NCBI GenBank assembly: GCA_965223845.1
Contig: CBDCXR010000004.1
Span: forward strand, 2,976,001 to 3,040,000
Direction of reading: 5' to 3'
Length of the DNA: 64,000 nt
Origin: Planctomycetota bacterium
GTDB taxonomy: Bacteria > Planctomycetota > UBA8108 > SXIK01
Position 1 is the stretch's first letter, and each line of letters begins with the position of its first letter. Below are positions 31,419 through 39,991 of the stretch, one piece after another. The position numbers and the translations under genes were made by a program. The notes beneath the pieces are model-generated. The model searched no databases. It was not told the origin of the DNA and saw nothing but the letters and a program-made list of their open reading frames with translations.

Positions 31419-32063
31419 CTACATTCGCCGGCGAATCTTGAGGAATCCCGTGAGCACTTTGATCGCAAGGAGTGACGTCATTCCCCACAGGATCCAGTCG
31501 AGGCTGGCCGGCCACAGGTACACCTCGACGGGAAACCAAGCGTAGACGAAGATCCGCGGACGAACCAGCCACGCGTACGGAATCGCGAGCGCGTTTCGCA
31601 CCATCGCGAAGACGACGACGAGCAGATAGAGGAAGATGTAGAGACTCCCAGGCCACACGCCCGCGTGCCCGGCGTGGATCATCGTGATCGCGCTCAATGT
31701 GACAACGATCTGGTCCGCCATCGTGTCCGTGAACGAGCCGCGGCTGGAGGCGCGCCCGGTGTAGCGAGCGAGGGGGCCGTCGATCCCGTCGAGGAGAAGG
31801 TGGAGGACGAGGAGCCCAAACGCGACCGCCGAGTCTCCCCAGAGGAGAACGGGACAGAACGCGATCCCGCTGAGGAGCGACGCGGCGGTTAGTGCATTCG
31901 GCGTCACACGAAGCCGAACGAGCACGTCTAGGAGCGGCCGGAGCCAACGTCCACGCAGAGCTTGCGACCCGTCCATGAATCCGCCTTCGCCGGCGGAGTA
32001 GCACGTGACCGTCGGTTTCGTCGCCGGGGCGACATCCGTGCTCGACGACTCGGACTCGTTCAT
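31419..32063 (-). CDS. CDP-alcohol phosphatidyltransferase family protein
   Basis: TPNALT and DGIDGPLAR...SSRGSFTDTMAD signature. ATG 32063 overlaps the upstream stop (ATGA). Confidence 0.88.
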   Translation of the reverse strand: MNESESSSTDVAPATKPTVTCYSAGEGGFMDGSQALRGRWLRPLLDVLVRLRVTPNALTAASLLSGIAFCPVLLWGDSAVAFGLLVLHLLLDGIDGPLARYTGRASSRGSFTDTMADQIVVTLSAITMIHAGHAGVWPGSLYIFLYLLVVVFAMVRNALAIPYAWLVRPRIFVYAWFPVEVYLWPASLDWILWGMTSLLAIKVLTGFLKIRRRM

Positions 32064-32773
32064 CGATCGACCTCGAAATAGCGCGGCGCGAAACTCATGT
32101 TCCGAATTCCCGAGCCCGTGTTGTGAAACGCGACGCCCTCGTGGATGTAATCCGCGAACGAAAGGTGAGTGTGGCCGAAGTAGCAGTCGCGGATCGATTC
32201 GCGCCAGTCGGGAAGGACGTGATCGAGATAGTGGGCGATCCGCCTCACGGTTCTCTCGCGCGGGAAGTGCATACGATGCACGAGATCGGTGAGCCCGAGC
32301 CGGTCCGACAGCTCGTACATCGCCGCACCGAGAGAGCTGCGTTGACGGTCGTGCTCCCACGACCGGCGATAGTCGGCAAGCCCGCTCGCATCCATCCGGC
32401 GGTGGGTGCAGTCACCGTGGAGAAAGAGAGATGTCCCGAGGCGAACGCAGCGCTCGTGAACGTGAAGCCGCGCCAGCGACTCCGCGAGCCCGGCGAGTCG
32501 GTCCCGAAACGAGTGCAGACAGTCGTGGTTCCCGAGCACGAAGTGAACATCGCAGCTCGGATGATCGCGCACAACGGCGCCCAGCCACTCGAGCGCAGCA
32601 CTCTCGGTCGCCGCGTGACTCTCGAGCGTGCTCCAGCGAAAGTCGAACGTATCGCCGTTGAGGACGACGAGATCGACGTCGCGAAGCCCGCTCCGGAGCT
32701 CGTCGAAGCGCCGGCTCCCCCGGGATCGCTTCGCGAAGAGATGTAAGTCGGAAATTACGACGCCGCGCGGCAC
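32060..32773 (-). CDS. Calcineurin-like metallophosphoesterase (LpxH-like)
   Basis: SDLH, NGDTFD, GNHD, LHGD, FGHTH and NTGS motifs. Confidence 0.88.
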   Translation of the reverse strand: MPRGVVISDLHLFAKRSRGSRRFDELRSGLRDVDLVVLNGDTFDFRWSTLESHAATESAALEWLGAVVRDHPSCDVHFVLGNHDCLHSFRDRLAGLAESLARLHVHERCVRLGTSLFLHGDCTHRRMDASGLADYRRSWEHDRQRSSLGAAMYELSDRLGLTDLVHRMHFPRERTVRRIAHYLDHVLPDWRESIRDCYFGHTHLSFADYIHEGVAFHNTGSGIRNMSFAPRYFEVDR

Positions 32774-32968
32774 GGGAAGCCCTTCGTCCTTGGATTGCGC
32801 GATCGCCTTCTCGTCTTGGTCGTGGAGATTGTCACCCCGTCAGGCGATGATTGCCACTCGTGTCGCGAGGCGGCTCGGCGGAACCGGCCCTCCGGCCGCA
32901 TCGGACATCCGGCGAACCGCGCCGCCCCGCGCACCGAGCAATCGCGATTCTCTGCGAGAGGACCTTCC

Positions 32969-34636
32969 ATGCACCGTTCCATCCTGATCTGTACGACCGG
33001 GCTTCTGATCAGCCTCGCATCGGTTTCGAGTGGCGCGGCGGAGCCAGAGACGAACGACAATCCGCACCTCGTCGTCTGGGAGGGAGAGGACGGCCCGGGC
33101 CGCGGGAAGCACGTCGTTCTCATCGCCGGCGATCACGAGTACCGCGGCGAAGAGACGCTCCCCGCGCTCGCACGCATTCTCGCAAAACACTACGGATTCA
33201 AGACGAGTTGCTTCATCACGACGGATCCGAAGACGGGATTCATCCGCCCCGGAAGCTCGCATCTTTCGGGTCTCGAGACCCTCCGCACGGCCGACCTCCT
33301 CGTCGTGTTCCTCCGCTTTCAGGACTTCAAGGACGAGGAGATGCAGCACATCGTCGACTACCTGGACGCCGGGAAGCCGGTGCTGGGCTTACGGACGTCG
33401 ACGCACGCGTTCAAGATCGGAAAGGGAAAGAAGTTCCACAAGTACTCCGACAACTACCGCGGTGAGGACTACTTCGGCGGGTTCGGGGAGCAAGTACTCG
33501 GCGAGCACTGGGTCGGTCACTACGGTCGAAACCACCGGCAGAGCTCGCGGCTCATTCTCGAGAAGGATCAGCTCGCGCACCCGGTTCTTCGCGGCGTGAA
33601 GGACGTCCACGCTCAGTGCGGCGGCTACAACGCGCATCCGATCGAAGGGAGCACGATCCTCGCGCGCGGGCAGATCCTGAATGGGATGACCGCGGATTCG
33701 GAACCCGATCCAACAAAGGAGATCCTCCCGGTGGCGTGGATCCGAACGCACCGCGGAGCGAAGTCCGGCACGGAAGGTCGCGTGTTCACGACCACGCACG
33801 GAGCCTCCGAAGACATCTTGAACGACGGTTTCCGCCGAATGCTGGTGAACGGCGCGCTTTGGTGCGTCGGCCTCGAGAATGAAATCCGCGCCGACGGCCC
33901 GATCGGCTTTGTCGGTCCGTACCACCCGGTGACGTTTAGCTTCGGCGGATACCGAAAGGGAATTCGCCCGAAGGACCTCGAAGGTTGGGACACGCCGATC
34001 CTCGGTGCGAGCGACCGGACGCATCTTTTTATTCTCTCCGGACAATCCAACATGGCCGGACTCGACCCGTCGGTCTCCTTCACCCCCACCGTCGCGCGAG
34101 CGTTCGCCGGCGACGAGGTCATCGTCGTCAAGGACGCGCAGGGAGGCCAACCCATCCGCCGCTGGTGGAAAGAATGGAAACCCGCGGCCGGAACGGAGCC
34201 GAAAGCGACCGGCGATCTCTACGACCGCCTTCTCGCGAAGGTGAAGTCGAGCGTTGGGGATCGAAAGCCGACCACGATCTCGTTCGTCTGGATGCAAGGC
34301 GAGCGCGACGCGCGCGAGAAGCACGGCGACGTCTACCGCGCGAGCCTCGAAGGCCTCGTCGCGCAGCTCCGCGGGGACCTCGGCCGGGAGGACGTTCAGG
34401 TCGTCATCGGTCGGCTGAGCGACTTCGACAACGAGAACGAGCGCTACCCGCACTGGACGCGCGTCCGCGAGGCACAAACAGCGTTCGCCGAGACCAACCC
34501 GCGCTACGGCTGGATCGACACCGACGATCTCAACGGACCGAAGGACGAGCTCCACTACACGAAGAAGGGATACCGAACGCTCGGACGCCGCTTCGCGCAA
34601 AAGGTCGTCGAACTCGTCGAGAAGAACCGAGAGTGA
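32969..34636 (+). CDS. Exported ThuA-like (class I glutamine amidotransferase-fold) domain fused to a SASA/CE6-like O-acetylesterase domain
   Basis: HVVLIAGDHEY, GLRTSTHAF, RVFTTTHG..RRMLVNGALW (ThuA-like); FILSGQSNMAG, WMQGERDA, DELHY (SGNH acetylesterase). Start ATG 32969. Confidence 0.82.
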   Translation: MHRSILICTTGLLISLASVSSGAAEPETNDNPHLVVWEGEDGPGRGKHVVLIAGDHEYRGEETLPALARILAKHYGFKTSCFITTDPKTGFIRPGSSHLSGLETLRTADLLVVFLRFQDFKDEEMQHIVDYLDAGKPVLGLRTSTHAFKIGKGKKFHKYSDNYRGEDYFGGFGEQVLGEHWVGHYGRNHRQSSRLILEKDQLAHPVLRGVKDVHAQCGGYNAHPIEGSTILARGQILNGMTADSEPDPTKEILPVAWIRTHRGAKSGTEGRVFTTTHGASEDILNDGFRRMLVNGALWCVGLENEIRADGPIGFVGPYHPVTFSFGGYRKGIRPKDLEGWDTPILGASDRTHLFILSGQSNMAGLDPSVSFTPTVARAFAGDEVIVVKDAQGGQPIRRWWKEWKPAAGTEPKATGDLYDRLLAKVKSSVGDRKPTTISFVWMQGERDAREKHGDVYRASLEGLVAQLRGDLGREDVQVVIGRLSDFDNENERYPHWTRVREAQTAFAETNPRYGWIDTDDLNGPKDELHYTKKGYRTLGRRFAQKVVELVEKNRE

Positions 34637-36609
34637 ACTCGAGCGTTTCCCTCGCGATCGCGTTCGGCACCGCCTTCGCCGTCGGGTGCGACCGGCGCGA
34701 GCCCGCGCACCAAGTGACGACACCCGCTCCGGTCGACGCCGCCCGCGAAGAGATCGCCGAGCCGGGGAACGAGCTCGTCGCGCTCACGGTCGTCTCGACG
34801 CCCGGATCGCGAACGAGGAGCGATGCGGACGCTTCTCAAGCGAAGACCCCACTCACAATCGCCAGCCGCGGCTCCTCTTCGCGGACAGCGATCGATGCGC
34901 AGCTCGAACACCTCCTTCCGGGCGACGACTGGTCGAGCGAGAGGGAGAGCCAGCGAATCGCCGAGCTCATCCGCAGTCTGATCGCCGCGGAGCAGACCGC
35001 GGCCGCGCTGGCGGATTTCGTCCCGCCGGACTTTCGTACGGAAGCTCTCCGCCCGCGCCCGCTCGATCCCATCTACGAGCGAAACGGTCTCGTCGTGCGG
35101 CGGTTTCGACGAGACGGCGAGGCCGCGAGTGCGCCGCTCGGCGGCGTCTCCGGGCTCGCCCGAGCGCTCGCTTCGCTGCGCGCAGCATTCCCCCGCGAGA
35201 CCAGTCGCTTCGACATTCACGTCACGGAATTCCGCTTTCTTTCCGGGGGCCGCCAGTCGTTCGAGGCGAAGGTCGACATCGACCTCGCACACGAGTCGCG
35301 GGAAGGTGTGAGCCGCGAAGCGACCACGACGTGGCGTTGTACCTGGAGCGCACGCGACGACGATCCGCCGCGCCTCCGCGAGATCCGCGTCGAATCCTAC
35401 GAGGAAACCTCGCTCGAACGCTCCGGCAGTGCCGAGGGGTCCTTTTTCGTCGATGCGACGACCGCCGCGGTCGGAGCTCTCCCAGAGTTCGCCGCCCAGC
35501 AGCGGCGAGGAATCGAATCGTGGGCCGAGCGGATCACGCGACTCGGCGATCTTCACCTCACCGGGCACCACGGGATCGCCGTCGGTGACGTCGATGGCGA
35601 CGGTCGCGACGACCTCTACGTTTGCGACGGCGGCAGCCTCCCCAATCGTCTCTATCGCCAACTTCCGAATGGCGCCGCCGAAGACATCTCCGCTCGCGCG
35701 GGCGTCGACTTCCTCGAGGATTCGCGCAGCGCACTTCTCGTCGATCTCGACGGCGATGCCGATCAGGATCTCGTCCTCGCGACCATCGCGATGATCGTTT
35801 TCGCCGAGAACGACGGCTCCGGTCGCTTCACCGTTCGCGGCGGGCATCCGGGCGCGCCGTATCCCTATTCACTAAGCGCGGCGGATTTCGATCTCGACGG
35901 TGACCTCGATGTTTTCGTCTGCGTCTACGGAGCCGCGGACGAAGGGTCGGGTGCGCGGGGATTCGAGGCGAGCGCGCCCGTGCCGTTTCACGACGCGCGG
36001 AACGGCGGGCGCAACGTTCTCCTCGAGAACCGCGCGGCGTTCGCGTTCGTCGACGCGACGGACGCGGTCGGGCTCGGACGCGAGAACTCGCGCTGGTCGC
36101 TCGCCGCCGCGTGGGAAGACGTCGACTCGGACGGAGATCTCGACCTCTACATCGCGAACGATTTCGGGCCGAACCAGCTCTTCCGCAACGACGCCGCCGA
36201 AGGCGCTCGGAAGACGCGACGCTTCACCGAAATCGCCGCCGCCGCGGGCGTCGAGGACTTCGGTGCCGGAATGTCCGTCGCTTGGGGCGATGCGAACGCA
36301 GACGGGAGAGCGGATCTCTACGTCGGCAACATGTTCTCGTCGGCCGGCCTCCGCGTCGGCGCGCAAGCGAACTTTGTGCGAAATCGCGACGCGGAGACCA
36401 CCGCGCAAACCCAGCGCATGGCGCGCGGCAACTCGCTCTTCGTCCGAAGGAATAACGGGCTCGCCTTCGAGGACACCAGCCTCGCCGCGGGCGTGACGCA
36501 CGGAGGCTGGGCCTGGAGCTCCGGCTTCGCCGACATCAACAACGACGGCTGGGAAGACCTCGTCGTCGCGAATGGGTTTCTCTCGAGCACGCGGCCCGGC
36601 GACCTCTGA
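34633..36609 (+). CDS. FG-GAP/VCBS-repeat (CRTAC1-like) lipoprotein; probable N-terminal part of a UGA-readthrough protein ending at 38265
   Basis: GTG 34633 overlaps the upstream stop (GTGA). Lipobox AVGC. Repeated DxDxDGxxD motifs (GDVDGDGRDD, DFDLDGDLD, DVDSDGDLD, DINNDGWED). Ends ...RPGDL-TGA in the middle of the propeller. Confidence 0.85.
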   Translation: MNSSVSLAIAFGTAFAVGCDRREPAHQVTTPAPVDAAREEIAEPGNELVALTVVSTPGSRTRSDADASQAKTPLTIASRGSSSRTAIDAQLEHLLPGDDWSSERESQRIAELIRSLIAAEQTAAALADFVPPDFRTEALRPRPLDPIYERNGLVVRRFRRDGEAASAPLGGVSGLARALASLRAAFPRETSRFDIHVTEFRFLSGGRQSFEAKVDIDLAHESREGVSREATTTWRCTWSARDDDPPRLREIRVESYEETSLERSGSAEGSFFVDATTAAVGALPEFAAQQRRGIESWAERITRLGDLHLTGHHGIAVGDVDGDGRDDLYVCDGGSLPNRLYRQLPNGAAEDISARAGVDFLEDSRSALLVDLDGDADQDLVLATIAMIVFAENDGSGRFTVRGGHPGAPYPYSLSAADFDLDGDLDVFVCVYGAADEGSGARGFEASAPVPFHDARNGGRNVLLENRAAFAFVDATDAVGLGRENSRWSLAAAWEDVDSDGDLDLYIANDFGPNQLFRNDAAEGARKTRRFTEIAAAAGVEDFGAGMSVAWGDANADGRADLYVGNMFSSAGLRVGAQANFVRNRDAETTAQTQRMARGNSLFVRRNNGLAFEDTSLAAGVTHGGWAWSSGFADINNDGWEDLVVANGFLSSTRPGDL

Positions 36610-36641
36610 AGCTTCTTCTGGCGACAGGTCGTGTCGCCAAG
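36610..36641 (+). promoter_or_regulatory. Candidate bacterial SECIS hairpin immediately 3' of the in-frame UGA
   Basis: Stem TGGCGACA (36619-36626) pairs perfectly with TGTCGCCA (36632-36639). Loop GGTCG starts with G, with 17 nt between the UGA and the loop. Confidence 0.65.
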
Positions 36642-38265
36642 TCCGATGGCCGCCGGCGATGCGTCGCGCGCGCGCGACTACGGCGCCGCCTGGGCTGCGC
36701 TCATGCAGCTCGCACGCGAGGGTCACTCGTGGAGCGGCCACGAGCGGAATCAGTGTTTTCTCAATCTCGGAGGCGGTCGATTCGCGCGGATCTCGGCCGT
36801 GAGCGGACTCGACGCTCGATCCGACGGCCGAGCGCTCGCGTTCGTCGACTGGGACCGCGACGGCGACGTCGACATCTGGTTTCGAGACCGCACGGCGCCG
36901 CGGCTTCGCTTGCTGCTGAATCAGCACGTTTCCGCGCGGTCCGCCGAGGATCGGAGCTTCGTATCTCTCCGGCTCGAAGGGACGAAGGCGAATCGCGACG
37001 CGATCGGCGCTTCCGCCGAGGTCGTCCTCTCGGAGGCGGCAGAACCCCCGAGGCGATTCGTTCGTGCGGTGCGGGCCGGCGATCTCTATCTGTCTCAGTC
37101 GAGCAAGTGGCTTCACTTCGGACTCGGGTCGAAAGCGAAGATCCGCGAGGTCGTCGTCCGCTGGCCGGGCGGGGCGAGCGAGACGTTCGCCGGCGTCGAG
37201 CCGGGGAACCGATACCGACTCCGCGAAGGCACGGGAGCAGCCGAGCTCGCTCGTACAGACTCCGTTCGTCTTCCGCCCAGTAGGCCGGTCGGCATTCCTC
37301 TCGCGAGATCAGGGGGTGCGTCGATCCTTCTCTCGCGCCGCATCCCGTTCCCGCTTGTCAACTACCGCATGCCGGACGGACAGCCGCGCGCACTGGGCGA
37401 GAGCCCACGCGAACGGCTTCTCCTCATCTGGTCGAGCACGTGCGCTCACTGCGTCCGTGAGCTCCGCTCCCTCGCGGCGCAAGCGGCACGAGTTCGAGCG
37501 ACCGGCCTCGATGTTCTCGCGCTCTCCGTCGACCGAAGCCTCGAGAGCCCGGGCGAGGACGCGAGCGCGCGCGACGAACGAGTCATCGCGAACGTCGAGT
37601 TCCCGTTCGCATGGGGCCGATTGGACTCCGACGCGACCGAGCGCATCGCGACCTATCAGCGCGCGCTCTTCGATCGCACTCCCACATTCGCGGTCCCGCT
37701 CGCGTTCCTCCTCGACCGGGAAGGGAACGCGGTCGCCCTCTATCGGGGCAACATCGGAATCGAGCGCGTTCTCCGAGACGTCGAGCGCACGCGAGACGCG
37801 ACGAACGAAGAGCTGCATCGACTCGCGCCGCCCTTTCCGGGACGGTGGTTCACGCGTGCCGTCGGGGATGCCGCGATGGCGGAGTTCATGGCGCGCCACT
37901 TCGAACGCCGATCGCTCGAAGACGCGCTGCCGTACCTCCACCTCGCCGCGGAGCGTGCGAGCGAACCGCGAAACCTCGCGCTCCGGCGCGAGCTCGGCGA
38001 AAAGCACCATCTTCTCGCGCGTCGCGCGCGAGAAGCGCGCGAACCGGAGCGGGCGGCGTTTCACTTCGAAGCGGCGCTCGGCTCCTCTCCACCGAGCGCG
38101 GAGCTCCTCACGGAATTCGGCTCGCTCCTCGGCTCGTACGGCAATTTGGACGCTGCCGAAAAACAGTTTCGGGCGGCGCTCGAGCTCGATCCCGGTTTCG
38201 GCCCCGCGGCCGAGGCATTGCGACTCGTGAATCGCCTGCGGAACGAATCGGCAGAGTCCGAGTGA
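36631..38265 (+). CDS. ASPIC/UnbV plus thioredoxin-like (CxxC) plus TPR protein; probable C-terminal part of the readthrough product from 34633
   Basis: SWSGHERN, DGRALAFVDWDRDGDVD (last FG-GAP blade); SLRLEGTKANRDAIGA...YLSQS..WLHFGLG...VRWPGG (ASPIC/UnbV); WSSTCAHC; TPR-like C-terminus. Same frame as the upstream ORF and no obvious RBS. Confidence 0.85.
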   Translation: MSPSPMAAGDASRARDYGAAWAALMQLAREGHSWSGHERNQCFLNLGGGRFARISAVSGLDARSDGRALAFVDWDRDGDVDIWFRDRTAPRLRLLLNQHVSARSAEDRSFVSLRLEGTKANRDAIGASAEVVLSEAAEPPRRFVRAVRAGDLYLSQSSKWLHFGLGSKAKIREVVVRWPGGASETFAGVEPGNRYRLREGTGAAELARTDSVRLPPSRPVGIPLARSGGASILLSRRIPFPLVNYRMPDGQPRALGESPRERLLLIWSSTCAHCVRELRSLAAQAARVRATGLDVLALSVDRSLESPGEDASARDERVIANVEFPFAWGRLDSDATERIATYQRALFDRTPTFAVPLAFLLDREGNAVALYRGNIGIERVLRDVERTRDATNEELHRLAPPFPGRWFTRAVGDAAMAEFMARHFERRSLEDALPYLHLAAERASEPRNLALRRELGEKHHLLARRAREAREPERAAFHFEAALGSSPPSAELLTEFGSLLGSYGNLDAAEKQFRAALELDPGFGPAAEALRLVNRLRNESAESE

Positions 38266-38494
38266 GCGCTCGGCTCGGCAACTCTGCCCGGATCACTGTT
38301 CGCTCGATGGGAGCAGTTGTCGGAAGCGAGGCGCCTCACACCCCGCTCAAGGAATAGCTTTCGGACGACCGCGATCTCGCGCTCCTCCATCACCAATCCT
38401 CTCGCTCCTCTCTTCCTTCGTGCCCTTCCCAAACCCTTCGTGGTCCATCTCTTCTCAGCAGCACTTGAGCGGCGCCCGGGTGCAACAACCCGCG

Positions 38495-39991
38495 CTACTT
38501 CACGCGCCGGCGTCGACCCGGCTTCGGCGGTCCGTAGGTCTCGAGCAGGACTCGATCGACGACCGCGCGATCCGTGCGGTGACGGAACGCTTTCAGCATG
38601 GGGTCGCCGGTCCGCTCCATCCATGCGTCGAGCTTCGCGCGTAGCGCGTCGAGTGTCTTCGCGTGCTCGGGTCGGTCGACGAGATTGACGAGACTGTCGG
38701 GATCCGCGCGCAGGTCGTACAGTTCTTCCGGGACTCGATAGCGAAAGAGCTGAATGCGAGCCGCGATCGCCGCGTTCCCGGCGTCCGCTGCGCGCTGCAT
38801 CGCCTTCATGGACTTGCCCTCGTTGTTATTTCGATACCGGTGCCGCCCATCGCTGAAGGGATTGTAGATGTACCCGAATCGCGCGCTCTGAACGCAGCGC
38901 ATGGGGACGCGATCGCCGCCCGCCTTCTTGTCGATCTGCGTAAACACGACGTCGCGTCCGGACTGAGCTTCGCCGCGGAGAAGTGGAACCATCGAGCGGC
39001 CGTCGAGGCCACTCGGACCGGCGATACCGGTCGCCTCGAGAAACGTCGGGAAGAAATCCACACCGGACACGAACGCGTCTCGGTTGACGGTGCCCGCCCG
39101 AGCGACACCGGGCCAGCGAACGAGGAGCGGCGTCCGCGTGCTGTGAAACCAGGCATTACACTTCGCAAACGGAACGGCAATTCCGTTGTCCGAGAGAAAA
39201 ACGACGAGCGTGCGAGCCGCGGCTCCCGATTCTTCCAGAGCATCGAGAACGCGGCCGAATGTGTCGTCGAGCCGCCTCGTCGAGTTGAGATACTGACTCA
39301 GCTCGGCGCGCACTCCGGGAAGATCCGGAAGAAACCCCGGCACCGTCACTTCGTCCGGAGAATACGTTCGTGACGGCATCGCCGCGCCTCTGAGGAGCTT
39401 CGCGGGGTCGCAGTAGGGACGATGCGGATCGTGCGAGTTCACCATGAAATAGAACGGTTTCCCGCGTTCCTTCGCGAGCGCGAAGAATTTGCGGCTCCGC
39501 TCGTAGTAGATCTCGGGGTTCCTCCCGTTGCCGAGATCGCCACGATCGAATTCGTAGTCCCAGCGCATCGAATTCTTCGGCGTCGAGTGCGCTACCTTCC
39601 CGAGGATCCCCGCGACGTATCCCGCTTTCTGGAACGTCGTGACGACGTCGGGAACGTCCTCGCGCGCCTTCATGAATCCCATCGCACCCGAGCGGTGGCT
39701 GTAGAGGCCCGTCGCAATCACCGCGCGGCTCGGAGCGCAGATCGCAGCGTTCACATGCGCTCGCTCGAAGCGCATCGACTCTCCAGCGAAGCGATCGAGG
39801 CGGGGAGTGACACCCTTCGGTCTTCCTCCGAACACTCCGAGCGACTCGGCGTGGAGGTCGTCGGCAGTGAAAAGGAGAATATTGAGTCGCGTCGGCTCCG
39901 TCTGGGCCTCTGCGCTCGGCCGCCCAAGAGTCGAAGCCGATCCAATCGCGAGACCCGCCGCTAAGAGGAGAACCGTCCGCGAGACGTTCAC
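38495..39991 (-). CDS. Sulfatase (sulfamidase-like S1)
   Basis: Signal peptide; ADDL, ICAPSRAVIATG, HDPHRP, SDNGIAVPFAKCN, PMRCV, EELYDL. Confidence 0.9.
   Translation of the reverse strand: MNVSRTVLLLAAGLAIGSASTLGRPSAEAQTEPTRLNILLFTADDLHAESLGVFGGRPKGVTPRLDRFAGESMRFERAHVNAAICAPSRAVIATGLYSHRSGAMGFMKAREDVPDVVTTFQKAGYVAGILGKVAHSTPKNSMRWDYEFDRGDLGNGRNPEIYYERSRKFFALAKERGKPFYFMVNSHDPHRPYCDPAKLLRGAAMPSRTYSPDEVTVPGFLPDLPGVRAELSQYLNSTRRLDDTFGRVLDALEESGAAARTLVVFLSDNGIAVPFAKCNAWFHSTRTPLLVRWPGVARAGTVNRDAFVSGVDFFPTFLEATGIAGPSGLDGRSMVPLLRGEAQSGRDVVFTQIDKKAGGDRVPMRCVQSARFGYIYNPFSDGRHRYRNNNEGKSMKAMQRAADAGNAAIAARIQLFRYRVPEELYDLRADPDSLVNLVDRPEHAKTLDALRAKLDAWMERTGDPMLKAFRHRTDRAVVDRVLLETYGPPKPGRRRRVK

Noticed and set aside
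31393-32004. N-terminal extension of the CE15-sialidase ORF (similar extensions at 24377-24898, 32064-32360 and 33985-34632)
   Set aside because: Arg-rich off-frame overlaps with genuine upstream genes. Better starts with an RBS or signal peptide exist downstream.
36607-36609. Reading the TGA as a simple pseudogene lesion or a genome-wide UGA reassignment
   Set aside because: Both halves look intact and a SECIS-like hairpin follows, so a pseudogene is less likely, though not excluded. Many other genes here end normally at TGA, which rules out code reassignment.
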